Assembly: GCA_946629065.1 (NCBI GenBank)
Contig: CAMOXK010000001.1
Coordinates: forward strand, 19,054 to 83,053
From: an uncultured Clostridia bacterium
GTDB lineage: Bacteria; Bacillota; Clostridia; Oscillospirales; Oscillospiraceae
DNA: 64,000 nucleotides
Direction: 5' to 3'
The position numbers were made by a program, and so were the translations under genes. The notes beneath the pieces were generated by a model. The model was not told the origin of the DNA and ran no database searches. It saw only the letters and a program-made list of their open reading frames with translations. Of the stretch, positions 16,922 to 26,420 are shown piece by piece. Position 1 is the first letter of the stretch; each line of letters begins with the position of its first letter.

Positions 16922-17027
16922 CAACATATGCGATTGTTAAATCGAGGCTTGCACAACTGCTTTTCCATTTCTCTTGGAAAAGTTCTGACAGCAAATCAAT
17001 CCGATGGATTTTCGGAACGAAAAGACA

Positions 17028-17768
17028 TTACTCCGCGTCTTCCCAGTTGTGCCAGACATTCTGCACGTCGTCGTTATCCTCGAACATGTCCAGCATCTTC
17101 TGCATGTTCTTGATATCGTCCTCGTCGGTGAGCTTGATGTAGCCGTTCTGGGGCAGCATTTCCACCTGGGCCTCCAGCAGCTTGTAGCCCTTATCGGTCA
17201 GTGCTTCGGAGACGGCAGCAACGTCATCTTCACCGGTATAGACGGTCATGGTCTCGCCTTCGGCCTCAAAATCATCGGCACCGGCTTCCAGCGCGTCCAT
17301 CATCACGGTATCCTCGTCCAGCTCCTCGTCCTCATTGTCGATGACGATGACGCCCTTGCGATCGAAGGACCAGCTGACGCAGTTGGCAGCGCCCATGTTT
17401 CCGCCGTACTTGTCGAAATAGTGACGCATCTCACCGGCGGTGCGGTTGCGATTGTCGGTCATGGTCTCGACGATGACGGCGATGCCCTTGGGGCCATAGC
17501 CTTCGTAGACGATCTTCTCGTAGTTTTCGGTGTTGCCGGCACCCAGTGCCTTGTCGATGGTGCGCTTGATGTTGTCGTTGGGCATATTGGCGGCCTTGGC
17601 CTTGGCGATGACGGCAGCCAGCTTGGAGTTGGAACGGGGATCTCCGCCGCCGCCTTCCTTGACGGCCACGATCATCTCACGGGCGATCTTGGTGAAGGCC
17701 TGAGCGCGCTTGGCATCTGCAGCGCCTTTGGTTTTCTGTATGTTGTGCCACTTGGAATGTCCGGACAT
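17028..17768 (-). CDS. yebC: YebC/PmpR-family probable transcriptional regulator
   Basis: MSGHSKWHNIQKTKGAADAKRAQAFTKIAREM.. is the canonical YebC N-terminus. 246 aa. Confidence 0.95.
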   Translation of the reverse strand: MSGHSKWHNIQKTKGAADAKRAQAFTKIAREMIVAVKEGGGGDPRSNSKLAAVIAKAKAANMPNDNIKRTIDKALGAGNTENYEKIVYEGYGPKGIAVIVETMTDNRNRTAGEMRHYFDKYGGNMGAANCVSWSFDRKGVIVIDNEDEELDEDTVMMDALEAGADDFEAEGETMTVYTGEDDVAAVSEALTDKGYKLLEAQVEMLPQNGYIKLTDEDDIKNMQKMLDMFEDNDDVQNVWHNWEDAE

Positions 17769-17776
17769 AAAAAACA

Positions 17777-17826
17777 GCTCCTCTTGTGCTAAAATTCAAC
17801 ATCGGTCATTTTAACACAAGAGGAGG
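17777..17826 (-). terminator. Terminator after the LysM gene whose 3' arm contains the yebC SD
   Basis: On the minus strand, cctcctcttgtg pairs with cacaagaggagc (11 bp), with an inner taaaat/atttta stem, followed by tgtttttt and the yebC ATG. Confidence 0.6.
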
Positions 17827-17836
17827 CTGATGACAA
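17808..17836 (-). promoter_or_regulatory. Sigma-A type promoter for yebC embedded in that terminator
   Basis: Minus strand TTGTCA (17836-17831), 17-nt spacer, TAAAAT (17813-17808). The predicted transcription start falls in the hairpin loop. Confidence 0.5.
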
Positions 17837-17916
17837 GTATTTCGTTTCAGTTTTTGCTTTTTTGATAGGCAAATCAGGAGCGACGGAGGTTCCTGTTTAA
17901 AAGAAGCGCGATTCCA

Positions 17917-19401
17917 TCAGGCCTCTGCAGGAATCAACAGGAGCTCTGCATCCTCCGTGTTGTAGGATCGGATCAGATCCTCGCTGGAACGGTACTCCTT
18001 GGCTAGGTCCCAAAGGCTCTCCCCTCCCCTGCGGACAAGAAAGACACTGGGGTTTTCTGTTTTACTCCAGGAATTATCTTCTTCCATGCGGAAAAGCGAG
18101 AGCGTGGAAACTGCTTCCGCTTCCTCCTTCCGCCACAGGATCTCGGCGGAACCGGAAAGTCGGAGCTCATTTCCAACTGGGTCCACAGATAGGGAAAGCA
18201 GTCGCTGCGACAGAATGACAGCATCTTGTGGGAGTTCCGTGACGTCAAGCTTCAAGCTTCGTCTGGCAGATGCAAGGCTCCCGTCCGCGCTGCGGTACAG
18301 GATATCCGTTTGCAAGGGGATGCGGGCGATATTCTCTCTTCGCTCCAGTGCTCCTATTTTGCTCTCTGCCGCAAGAAGCTCCGCAGTATCATCCGGCATG
18401 GGTACTGCAGCATCTATGCTTAAAACGCTTGTTCCGGGCTCTACAGAGCGCAGCAGTGACAGATCGCAGCTTTCTGATTCCAGAGGCATGGCTGTGCTGT
18501 AAGCGTCCCGGAAGGTGATGACCTCACGGCGGGAGTATGCGCAAAACTGCAGCAGGGCGTGGACTTCCAGATCCAGGCTGCGCCCGCCGGCGCTGTTTTC
18601 CGCCCAGTCCAGATAAACGGAGTTCGGCTCGATCCAGACGAGGCTCTGATCCAATGTGTCTTCCGTGATATCCAAAAGCTGCGAAAAGGGCACGTGAAAC
18701 GACGATTTCGCGGGCTGGTTCGAACTGTCTCTTCCCAGGAGCTGAAGCTGCAGCTCTCCCTTTACGATGCAACGGCTACCGACCTGTTCGGTCCCCAGCA
18801 GCGAAAAGCGAAGCTCTTCGGCGTCGAATTGTGCAAGGGCATCTTGCCCCATTGAAAGAGGCAACTGCTCCCGGAGCGTGAATGGCTTTTCCGAAACGGA
18901 GGTGAGAGCCAATGTGCCTGTTTGATCCTTCAGGACATGCAGTCCCTTCCACTCCCCCTCCGGAAGAGAGGTTTCCGTAAGGGTAGTTCCCCGCTGAAAA
19001 CTGCGCAGCGTTGCTTGTACCTCAAAGCTTACGCTGAGTTTGCGAGGGTTCAGAAGCTTTCCCTGCAGGCCGGTGAGATACCAGGAAAGCTGAGGCAAAG
19101 CTTCGGGCTCAGAGGTCTCCGCCTCGAACACCATTTCAAATTCCTTTCGGAGACGGATGCTCTCCAGATGCCCGGTCTCTGTCAAGTAAAGAACACTGGC
19201 CCAGGCTTCTCCTGTGACGGTTGCGGCGTGAAGGCCCGGCTCCTTGCCCTTTAGCAACAGGCCTCCCCGCGTCCAGACGATCTCCTGCACATCCTCCGCG
19301 GTGTCCGGGACTACCGCTTCGGCGTGAAAAGAAACCTGTTGATGAATGACATCCCCTGCGATCCATGCAGGGGATTCTTTCTGCAGCAGCTTGATTTCCA
19401 T
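17917..19401 (-). CDS. SipL/SpoVID-like sporulation protein candidate (DUF3794-like body with C-terminal LysM)
   Basis: 494 aa. The C-terminus VRRGGESLWDLAKEYRSSEDLIRSYN...LLIP fits the LysM consensus. The body resembles DUF3794 proteins of Clostridia; that is recalled, not computed. Start moved to ATG 19401, which lies behind an AAAGGAGAG SD. Confidence 0.75.
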   Translation of the reverse strand: MEIKLLQKESPAWIAGDVIHQQVSFHAEAVVPDTAEDVQEIVWTRGGLLLKGKEPGLHAATVTGEAWASVLYLTETGHLESIRLRKEFEMVFEAETSEPEALPQLSWYLTGLQGKLLNPRKLSVSFEVQATLRSFQRGTTLTETSLPEGEWKGLHVLKDQTGTLALTSVSEKPFTLREQLPLSMGQDALAQFDAEELRFSLLGTEQVGSRCIVKGELQLQLLGRDSSNQPAKSSFHVPFSQLLDITEDTLDQSLVWIEPNSVYLDWAENSAGGRSLDLEVHALLQFCAYSRREVITFRDAYSTAMPLESESCDLSLLRSVEPGTSVLSIDAAVPMPDDTAELLAAESKIGALERRENIARIPLQTDILYRSADGSLASARRSLKLDVTELPQDAVILSQRLLSLSVDPVGNELRLSGSAEILWRKEEAEAVSTLSLFRMEEDNSWSKTENPSVFLVRRGGESLWDLAKEYRSSEDLIRSYNTEDAELLLIPAEA

Positions 19402-19533
19402 GAAACTCTCCTTTTTCAACTATGATCAGTCTCTTGTACCGCCGCGCAGCCAGAGCAGGAGCGCCGACAAAAAACGCGGCAGGCGAAAAACGTATACTCG
19501 CATCCTTTTTCCCTTTCCCAAGAACACTTTTCC

Positions 19534-19725
19534 CTACCAACAGCAACGCAGGCACCAGATCCCCAGTCCGATCAGACCGGCAGCCAGGAAGAACCACCAG
19601 AATTCAGACGGAAGGATCAGGGCCAGCAGGATGAATAGGCCCAGGCCGATCGCGGCCAAACCCCAAAGGCCGCAGCGTCCTCTTCGCACAGCAAACCGCC
19701 CCCCGCACTCGGTATTTCCATACAC
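19534..19725 (-). CDS. Small two-TM membrane protein ending in CLRCCW
   Basis: 63-aa ORF with two hydrophobic helices and genome-typical GC3-rich codons. It has a GTG start and a poor SD. An internal GTG behind a G-rich stretch is an alternative start. Confidence 0.4.
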   Translation of the reverse strand: MYGNTECGGRFAVRRGRCGLWGLAAIGLGLFILLALILPSEFWWFFLAAGLIGLGIWCLRCCW

Positions 19726-19746
19726 GATATGCGAAGGGCGGCAGCT

Positions 19747-20640
19747 TTATGTAGTTTTATCTTTCAATTCCCAGTCCTTGAATTGAGCACTTTGCTCATA
19801 GAGACGAAGGTAGGAGCGATAACGGCTTTCCACCAGGGCGCCGCTTTCCACGGCTTCCCGTACGGCACAGCCCGGTTCTTTGCGATGACTGCAGTCGGGA
19901 AAACGGCATTTGCCGATATGCTCCGCAAAATCCGGAAAATCAAACTGCAGGTTCTCCTTGGCGATGGGTTTCAACATCTCAATTTCAAAAGACGCGAAAC
20001 CGGGTGTGTCGGCAAGATAGCTGTCGTCTCCCAGGCGGAACAACTCCACATGACGGGTGGTGTGCTTGCCGCGGCCCAGCTTTTCGCTGACTTCCGCGGT
20101 GGGCAATGCCGCTCCGGGAATCAGCCGGTTCAATATGCTGGATTTTCCCACGCCGGAGTTTCCGGTAAAGGCACAGATCTTACCCCGCAGCGCATCCCGC
20201 AGCGCATTGATCCCCTCACCGGTTTCGGCGCTGGTGGCATAGACAGGAAAGCCGGCACGGGAAAAGTCCTGTCGCAGCCGGGTCCCAAGATCCAGATCGG
20301 TCTTGTTCACGCAGAGGATGAGCTGACAGTCCGCTTCGGCTGCGATCACGGAAACCCGGTCGATCAGGAAGGGATCCGTCACGGGATTGACGTTTGCGGC
20401 AACAAATACCAGCGCGTCGATGTTCGCAACAGCGGGACGAATGAACCAGTTTCGGCGCGGATAGACCTGCTCGATCCGCCCGATGCCGTTCTGTTCCCGG
20501 CTGCAGCGCACCTTATCCCCTACAAGGGGCGAGGTGCCGTCCAGGCGAAACTTTCCTCTCGCCTTGCAGGTAAGGTCTTCCTCGGGTGTCCTCACCGTGT
20601 AAAAGCCGCTGAGGGCTTTGATGATGATTCCTTCCGTCAT
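19747..20640 (-). CDS. rsgA: Ribosome small-subunit-dependent GTPase A
   Basis: Circularly permuted GTPase motifs (NKTDL, GNSGVGKSS, DTPG) and a C-terminal zinc finger CRFPDCSHRKEPGC. Confidence 0.95.
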   Translation of the reverse strand: MTEGIIIKALSGFYTVRTPEEDLTCKARGKFRLDGTSPLVGDKVRCSREQNGIGRIEQVYPRRNWFIRPAVANIDALVFVAANVNPVTDPFLIDRVSVIAAEADCQLILCVNKTDLDLGTRLRQDFSRAGFPVYATSAETGEGINALRDALRGKICAFTGNSGVGKSSILNRLIPGAALPTAEVSEKLGRGKHTTRHVELFRLGDDSYLADTPGFASFEIEMLKPIAKENLQFDFPDFAEHIGKCRFPDCSHRKEPGCAVREAVESGALVESRYRSYLRLYEQSAQFKDWELKDKTT

Positions 20641-22349
20641 CCTTCCTCCGGTCCCAGGGACACTCGCAGAATGATTTTGGCATGGGCGGGAACCAGATTG
20701 TAGTTCTCCTCGCTTTGGCCGATGACCGTTCCGGCGGGCAAATCACTGTTCATATATTCCGATCCACCGTAGCTGAGCTCGCTGCTTTCGATCTTTTCGA
20801 TGGCGGCCAGTTCTGACAGTCCCACCAGGTTTGGAACGGAAACCTGAACGATCTCCGCGCCGGCGCTGACGGTCAGGTACACCACAGAACCTTTCTCCAG
20901 AGAGGTGCCGGCGTCAGGATACATGCTCATGACAGCATTGCGGGCAAAGGTCTCCGATATTTCATCAACGATCTCCACATAGTATCCGGAAACGCGGAGA
21001 ATGGCAGTTGCCTCCCGGTAATCCAGATTGTAGACATCCGGGACCTGGACGACACCGGTGCTCACATAAAGGCGAACAGGTGTTCCTCCCTTCTTCAGGC
21101 TAATCCGAGTCCCGGCACCGGGGTCCTGCCGTTCCACGGTGTAATCGGAAGGATTATACTCCCCGGTACCGCTGGAGTTAAGATAGATAATCTCAAAATT
21201 GAAGACAGAGTTTTCCGGGTTTTTCAGAATGGAGTCCACCGAAATGCCTTGCAGATTCGGCATCATCATGTGTCCCGAGGCACGGTCTTCCGTGCCCTTG
21301 TCCGGGAAGTAGTCCTTCAGGAAAAACTGCAGCAGGAAGATAAAGAGAGCCAGGATCACAAGAAGGACGCCGAAGGTGCCGGACAAAAAGCTAACTCTGG
21401 CGGATCTCCGGCGGCGCCGCCGGTACTTCTCTTTGGACATCTCACTGATGGAGCGTACAGGTGCCACGGAAGGCGCCTCCAGGGATTCCGCTTCGGCCTC
21501 ATCCTCCTGTTGGGTCTGGGTGAGGGCAAAGTGGTCCAGATCCCGGATCAGTTCCTCGGCACTCTGATAGCGCTCAAAGAGATTGGCCTTCATGGCCTTG
21601 AGCGTGATCTGCTCCAGTTCTGGCGGGATCTCAGGCACAAGCTTGGTGGGCGGCACAGGCTCGGTGTTCATATGCTTGACTGCAATCTCGCCCAAAGTAT
21701 CGCCGGTATAGGGTTTCTGCCCGGTCAACATCTCATAGAGGACAACGCCCAGCGAGTAGAGATCGCTGCGGGCATCCGGATCCTCGCCCCGGATCTGTTC
21801 CGGCGCGATATAGTGAATGGAGCCGATGGCGGTTCCGCTCTCATCCCGAAGTTCGTTTTCCAGCGCGGCAATGCCGAAATCGCCTACTTTCAATGTTCCG
21901 TCCCGCAGGAGGAGCATGTTCTGAGGCTTGATATCCCGATGGATCACGCCCTTTTCATGTGCATGTGCCAGGGCCCGGGCGATCTGCTTGGCAAAGTACA
22001 CCGCCTCCCGCCAGGGGATGGGGCCCTTGCGCTGCATATACTGTTTCAATGTGATACCGTCTACAAGTTCCATGACTATGTATTCGATATCGGTGCTGTG
22101 ACTCACGTCGTATACGGCGACAATATTGGGGCTGGAAAGCATGGCAACTGCCTGAGACTCCGCAAAAAAGCGTTTGCGGAATTCCTCCTGCTGTGCCATT
22201 TCAGGACGCATGACCTTTACTGCGACAAAACGGTTCAGACGCCGGTCCAGAGCTTTGTAGACCACGGCCATGCCGCCTTCGCCGATGATTTCCAGCAATT
22301 CATAGCGGTCTTCCAGGACCAGATTATTGGGATTTTGCCTGTTTTCCAT
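20637..22349 (-). CDS. prkC: Ser/Thr protein kinase with extracellular PASTA repeats
   Basis: Hanks kinase motifs (GEGGMAVVYKA, HRDIKPQN, DFG, APE), one TM helix and C-terminal PASTA-like repeats. Confidence 0.93.
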   Translation of the reverse strand: MENRQNPNNLVLEDRYELLEIIGEGGMAVVYKALDRRLNRFVAVKVMRPEMAQQEEFRKRFFAESQAVAMLSSPNIVAVYDVSHSTDIEYIVMELVDGITLKQYMQRKGPIPWREAVYFAKQIARALAHAHEKGVIHRDIKPQNMLLLRDGTLKVGDFGIAALENELRDESGTAIGSIHYIAPEQIRGEDPDARSDLYSLGVVLYEMLTGQKPYTGDTLGEIAVKHMNTEPVPPTKLVPEIPPELEQITLKAMKANLFERYQSAEELIRDLDHFALTQTQQEDEAEAESLEAPSVAPVRSISEMSKEKYRRRRRRSARVSFLSGTFGVLLVILALFIFLLQFFLKDYFPDKGTEDRASGHMMMPNLQGISVDSILKNPENSVFNFEIIYLNSSGTGEYNPSDYTVERQDPGAGTRISLKKGGTPVRLYVSTGVVQVPDVYNLDYREATAILRVSGYYVEIVDEISETFARNAVMSMYPDAGTSLEKGSVVYLTVSAGAEIVQVSVPNLVGLSELAAIEKIESSELSYGGSEYMNSDLPAGTVIGQSEENYNLVPAHAKIILRVSLGPEEG

Positions 22350-22367
22350 ATGATTCTCCCTCTCCGG

Positions 22368-23114
22368 TCATTTGCTGACGGCGACGACCGTTACATTGTC
22401 CCGCGCTTCCCGCCGAAGGGCAAGGTCCATCAGCTTGCGGCAAAGATCCTCCGGATCTCCGGCGGTGCAGGCCTGCTCCAGCATTTCCGCATCGCTGAGG
22501 GTATTGCTCAGCCCGTCTGAGCAGAGCAGAAGGAACTCCCCAGTTCTCAGATGGAATGAGAAGTAGTCCGAATCGGTCCTTTCCTCGGTGCCCAAAGCGC
22601 GGGTGATCACATTGCGCTTGGGATGCGTCTTTGCCTCTTCCCGGGTGATGGCGCCAAAGCGCACCAACTCCTCCACCAGGGAATGGTCCCGCGTGATCTG
22701 CCGGATGCTGTTTTTCACTGGAGAGATGAGATAAGCGCGGCTGTCGCCGATATTGATAATATACCCATTTCCGTTGGATTTCATGATACCGCCCACCAGC
22801 GTGGTACCCATGCCGTTGAATTCTTCACTGAAACGGGAATAGGCATAGACTACGCCGTTGGTCTCGCTGCAGGAGGACTGCAGCAGGCCGCGGTAATCCA
22901 CAGACTTGTCGGTAAGGGCAGTCAGTTTTTCAAACACTTTGGAAACAAAAGCCTTGACGCAGAGCTGACTTGCAACGCCGCCTGCGTTGGCACCGCCCAT
23001 ACCGTCGCAGAGAACGGCAATCAGGGAGTCCTTTTCCGGGCAAAGCTCCAAAAGAAAGCAATCCTGATTCTCAGACCGGATCGGGCCTTTATCTGTAAGA
23101 CCAAAACTCTTCAT
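22368..23114 (-). CDS. prpC: PP2C-family Ser/Thr phosphatase
   Basis: RSENQD, LCDGMGG and GDSR motifs. It is the classic partner upstream of prkC. Confidence 0.93.
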   Translation of the reverse strand: MKSFGLTDKGPIRSENQDCFLLELCPEKDSLIAVLCDGMGGANAGGVASQLCVKAFVSKVFEKLTALTDKSVDYRGLLQSSCSETNGVVYAYSRFSEEFNGMGTTLVGGIMKSNGNGYIINIGDSRAYLISPVKNSIRQITRDHSLVEELVRFGAITREEAKTHPKRNVITRALGTEERTDSDYFSFHLRTGEFLLLCSDGLSNTLSDAEMLEQACTAGDPEDLCRKLMDLALRREARDNVTVVAVSK

Positions 23115-23121
23115 GATTTCC

Positions 23122-24186
23122 TCATTTCACAGCAGAGACTTCTGTCTCCTGTGCGCCTTTTGCCTGCATCTTGCGGCGCAGCTGGCCGCAGGAGGCGTCT
23201 ACATCGCTGCCCAGTCTTCTTCGGACTGTGACATTGACCCCCGCGTCCTCCAGAATCTTGATAAAGGCCTTCATATGGCCGGAGGTGGAGGGTTTGAACT
23301 GTCTCTCTTCCACATGGTTCAAAGGGATCAGATTGACATGTGCGGCAAGGCTGCGCGCTTCCTTGGCCAATAGCCTTGCGTGATACTCCGTGTCGTTGAC
23401 CCCGTCGATCATGGCGTATTCAAAGGAGATGCGCCGTCCGGTCCGTTCATAGTAACGGTGACAGGCTTCCATGAGCTTTTCCACTCCCCTCCCGCGATTG
23501 GCAGGCATGATGCGAGAGCGGGTCTCGTCATCGGGGGCGTGAAGTGAGACCGAAAGCGTAAGCTGAAGATCCCGATCTGCCAGGTCCTCAAAACGCTCGA
23601 TCAGGCCGCAGGTAGAAAGAGATATGTGACGCATGCCAATGTTCATCCCTTTGGGGTGGTTCACCAGTTCCAGAAAACGCATCACATTGTCAAAATTATC
23701 CAGAGGCTCACCAATACCCATGAGGACGATGTTGGAGATGGGCAGGCCGGAGTCCAGTTGGGAAAAGAGCACCTCATCCAGAATCTCAGAGGGCTCCAGG
23801 CTGCGAACAAGGCCGCCGATGGTGGAAGCGCAGAAGGCGCAGCCCTGACGACAGCCTACCTGGGAAGAAACGCAGACGGTGTTGCCGTGCTTATATTGCA
23901 TCACAACCGTTTCGACAGCATTGCCGTCCGCCAGTTCCCAGAGATATTTGATGGTTCCGTCGATCTGAGAGACCTGTTTCTTCAACACCTGGGGCCGGTA
24001 GAGACTATAGTTTTCCCTGAGCTTCTGGCGCAGGGATTTGGAGAGATCGCTCATCTCCTCAAAGTCCCGGACGCCGCGATGGAGCCAGGTAAACAGCTGC
24101 ATGGCGCGATATTTCGGTTCTCCCAGACTCGCAAGCTCTGCCTCGATCTCCTCCGGGAGCATGGAGAGGATGTCTTTTTTCATCAT
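23122..24186 (-). CDS. rlmN: 23S rRNA/tRNA (adenine-C2)-methyltransferase RlmN (radical SAM)
   Basis: CVSSQVGCRQGCAFCAS radical SAM cluster motif and conserved RlmN architecture. Confidence 0.95.
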   Translation of the reverse strand: MMKKDILSMLPEEIEAELASLGEPKYRAMQLFTWLHRGVRDFEEMSDLSKSLRQKLRENYSLYRPQVLKKQVSQIDGTIKYLWELADGNAVETVVMQYKHGNTVCVSSQVGCRQGCAFCASTIGGLVRSLEPSEILDEVLFSQLDSGLPISNIVLMGIGEPLDNFDNVMRFLELVNHPKGMNIGMRHISLSTCGLIERFEDLADRDLQLTLSVSLHAPDDETRSRIMPANRGRGVEKLMEACHRYYERTGRRISFEYAMIDGVNDTEYHARLLAKEARSLAAHVNLIPLNHVEERQFKPSTSGHMKAFIKILEDAGVNVTVRRRLGSDVDASCGQLRRKMQAKGAQETEVSAVK

Positions 24187-25502
24187 GCTTTCCTTCTCAA
24201 TTTTGCAGCAAAAAAGCCGTCGGTCCCGTCAACCTGGGGCCAGAATGTATAGCAGCCTTCCCTGGAACAGAGTTCCCCAACAGAAAAATCCTCAGGCGAA
24301 AATTCCGGATGACTCCGGAGAAAAGCGGAAATCTGATCCCCGTTTTCCGCCTTTAGGATCGTGCAGGTGGAATACAGAAGAACGCCGCCCGGTTTCACAT
24401 AGCGGCAAAGATTATCAAGGATCGCGCTCTGGATCTGAGGCAAAGCCAGAAGCTCAGCCTCATCCTTCCGTCGAATCTCCGGCCTTTTGCGGATCACACC
24501 CAGACCAGAGCAGGGCACGTCGGCCAAGACAAGGTCAAAGGCTGAATTCCATTCCGGTCGAAAACTCCGTGCGTCTGCAGCAAGGGTTTCCAGGCATGCA
24601 TCCAGCCCTAAGCGAATGGCGGAACTGCGGATCAATCTCAATTTCTTTTCATGCAGGTCACAGCTTATAAGCTGACAAGCACCGCCTGCGTCCAAAGCTG
24701 CAGCCATACTCTTGCCGCCGGGGGCGGCACAAGCGTCCAAAATGCGCATGCCGGGCCTTGCCCCGGCTGCTTGAACGGCGATACGGGCTGCACGGTCCTG
24801 CACATAGAAAAGGCCCTCTTCAAAACCTGGCAGTGCGGTCACTTTGCCGCCCTCCAGCTCCAGGCAGCCGGGAAGCTCGGGAAAAGCCTGATACGAGATG
24901 CCAAGCCGGTCAAGAGAGCGAAGGTAATCCTCTGTACTGACGCGCAGGCGATTCAGTTGAATACAAATGGCGGCGGTCTCATTGTTTGCGCGGAAAAATG
25001 CCTCTGTCTCTTCATAGCCCTGCTCCCGGATCAGCCTTTCGGCAAGCCAAAGCGGATGGCTGTAACGGAGGGCAAGGTAAGAGGCGGTCCCTTCTCCGGG
25101 AATAGCCGGCAAATGATCCGCGTTTTCGGATAGCCGTCTCAGCACAGCATTGACAAGAGAGGCGCCCCGATCCAGGTGAACGGATCTGCAAAGCGACACC
25201 GTTTCGCTGACAGCGGCATGGGCTGGGATTTTATCCAGAAAGAGCAGCTGATACGCACCCAGGCGAAGAATCAAGCGAACACCGGACTCCGTCCTGGTCT
25301 TGCAGAAAAGGTCCAGATAATGATCCAGATAGCTCTCATTTTGCAGTACGCCCAAAAAAAGGCGGGTGGCCAAAGCAGCATCACGAGTGGAAAGCTCCGC
25401 CTCACGCAAAAGAGAATCCAGCGTGACTGCGGACCAGGCACGATCCTTCTCGCAGCGTTCAAGTGCCCGAAAGGCGACGATTCTGGCATTGGTTTCCATC
25501 AT
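24183..25502 (-). CDS. rsmB: 16S rRNA (cytosine967-C5)-methyltransferase
   Basis: NusB-like N-terminal domain, DACAAPGGK SAM motif and DVPCSG / YSTCT catalytic Cys motifs. Confidence 0.93.
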   Translation of the reverse strand: MMETNARIVAFRALERCEKDRAWSAVTLDSLLREAELSTRDAALATRLFLGVLQNESYLDHYLDLFCKTRTESGVRLILRLGAYQLLFLDKIPAHAAVSETVSLCRSVHLDRGASLVNAVLRRLSENADHLPAIPGEGTASYLALRYSHPLWLAERLIREQGYEETEAFFRANNETAAICIQLNRLRVSTEDYLRSLDRLGISYQAFPELPGCLELEGGKVTALPGFEEGLFYVQDRAARIAVQAAGARPGMRILDACAAPGGKSMAAALDAGGACQLISCDLHEKKLRLIRSSAIRLGLDACLETLAADARSFRPEWNSAFDLVLADVPCSGLGVIRKRPEIRRKDEAELLALPQIQSAILDNLCRYVKPGGVLLYSTCTILKAENGDQISAFLRSHPEFSPEDFSVGELCSREGCYTFWPQVDGTDGFFAAKLRRKA

Positions 25503-26419
25503 TCCACTTTCAAGGGGTGGCCGCGCAGAAAGTCAGCGGCGGCCATGCGCTTTTTACCGGGAGCCTGGAGCTGGGTAATACGAAGGGTTTCTCCATCTGC
25601 ACAGGCGATTTCGATGCCCCTGTCATCAGCGGACACCAGGCTGCCGGGAGCTTTGGCGGTCTTGGTATCGGTATATTCAGCTTCAAAGACCTTATAAAGG
25701 CTGCCGTTCAGCTCCATAGTGGCAATCGGCCAGGGTTGAAGCCCGTAAATCTGCTTGATCACGCCGCGGGGACTCTGCTCCCAGCGAATAGGACAGAGTG
25801 ATTTATCCAGCATTTTTACATAACTGGCCCGGTTGTGATCCTGGGGCGTTCGGGGGGCGACGCCCGTCTCGATATCCCGCAAGGTCTTCACCAGGAGTTC
25901 CGCACCCATGACCATCAGCCTGTCAAAGAGCTGCCCGGAAGTCTCAAATTCTCCGATACTTGTCTCAGCAGTATAGATGATATCGCCGGCATCCATATCG
26001 TGGGCCAAATACATGGTGGTGACGCCTGTAGTTTTGTCCCCATTCAGAACAGCCCACTGGATGGGAGCGGCTCCGCGATACTTGGGCAGAAGGGAGCCGT
26101 GCACGTTGACCGCCCCATAGCGGGGAAGCTCCAGAAGCTCATCCGGAAGGATCCGGCCATAGGCCACGACCACAAGGATATCTGGCTTGAGCTCCTGCAG
26201 GATGCTGAGCGCCCGGCCGTCCCGCATCTTATCCGGCTGGAAAACAGGCAGACCTGCCTGCAGCGCCAGCTCCTTCACAGGAGAAAAGGCCAGTTCCATC
26301 CCCCTGCCTTTGGGTTTGTCCGGCTGGGTAAACACCCCTGCGATCTCAAAATGCTCGTCCAGGAGTTTTCGCAGAGAGGCAGCGGCGAAATCAGGGGTAC
26401 CCATAAATACAATGCGCAT
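25499..26419 (-). CDS. fmt: Methionyl-tRNA formyltransferase
   Basis: MRIVFMGTPDFA.., HGSLLPKYRGAAPIQ motifs. Start moved from track 26596 to 26419, because the extension overlaps def. Confidence 0.95.
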   Translation of the reverse strand: MRIVFMGTPDFAAASLRKLLDEHFEIAGVFTQPDKPKGRGMELAFSPVKELALQAGLPVFQPDKMRDGRALSILQELKPDILVVVAYGRILPDELLELPRYGAVNVHGSLLPKYRGAAPIQWAVLNGDKTTGVTTMYLAHDMDAGDIIYTAETSIGEFETSGQLFDRLMVMGAELLVKTLRDIETGVAPRTPQDHNRASYVKMLDKSLCPIRWEQSPRGVIKQIYGLQPWPIATMELNGSLYKVFEAEYTDTKTAKAPGSLVSADDRGIEIACADGETLRITQLQAPGKKRMAAADFLRGHPLKVE

Positions 26420-26420
26420 T

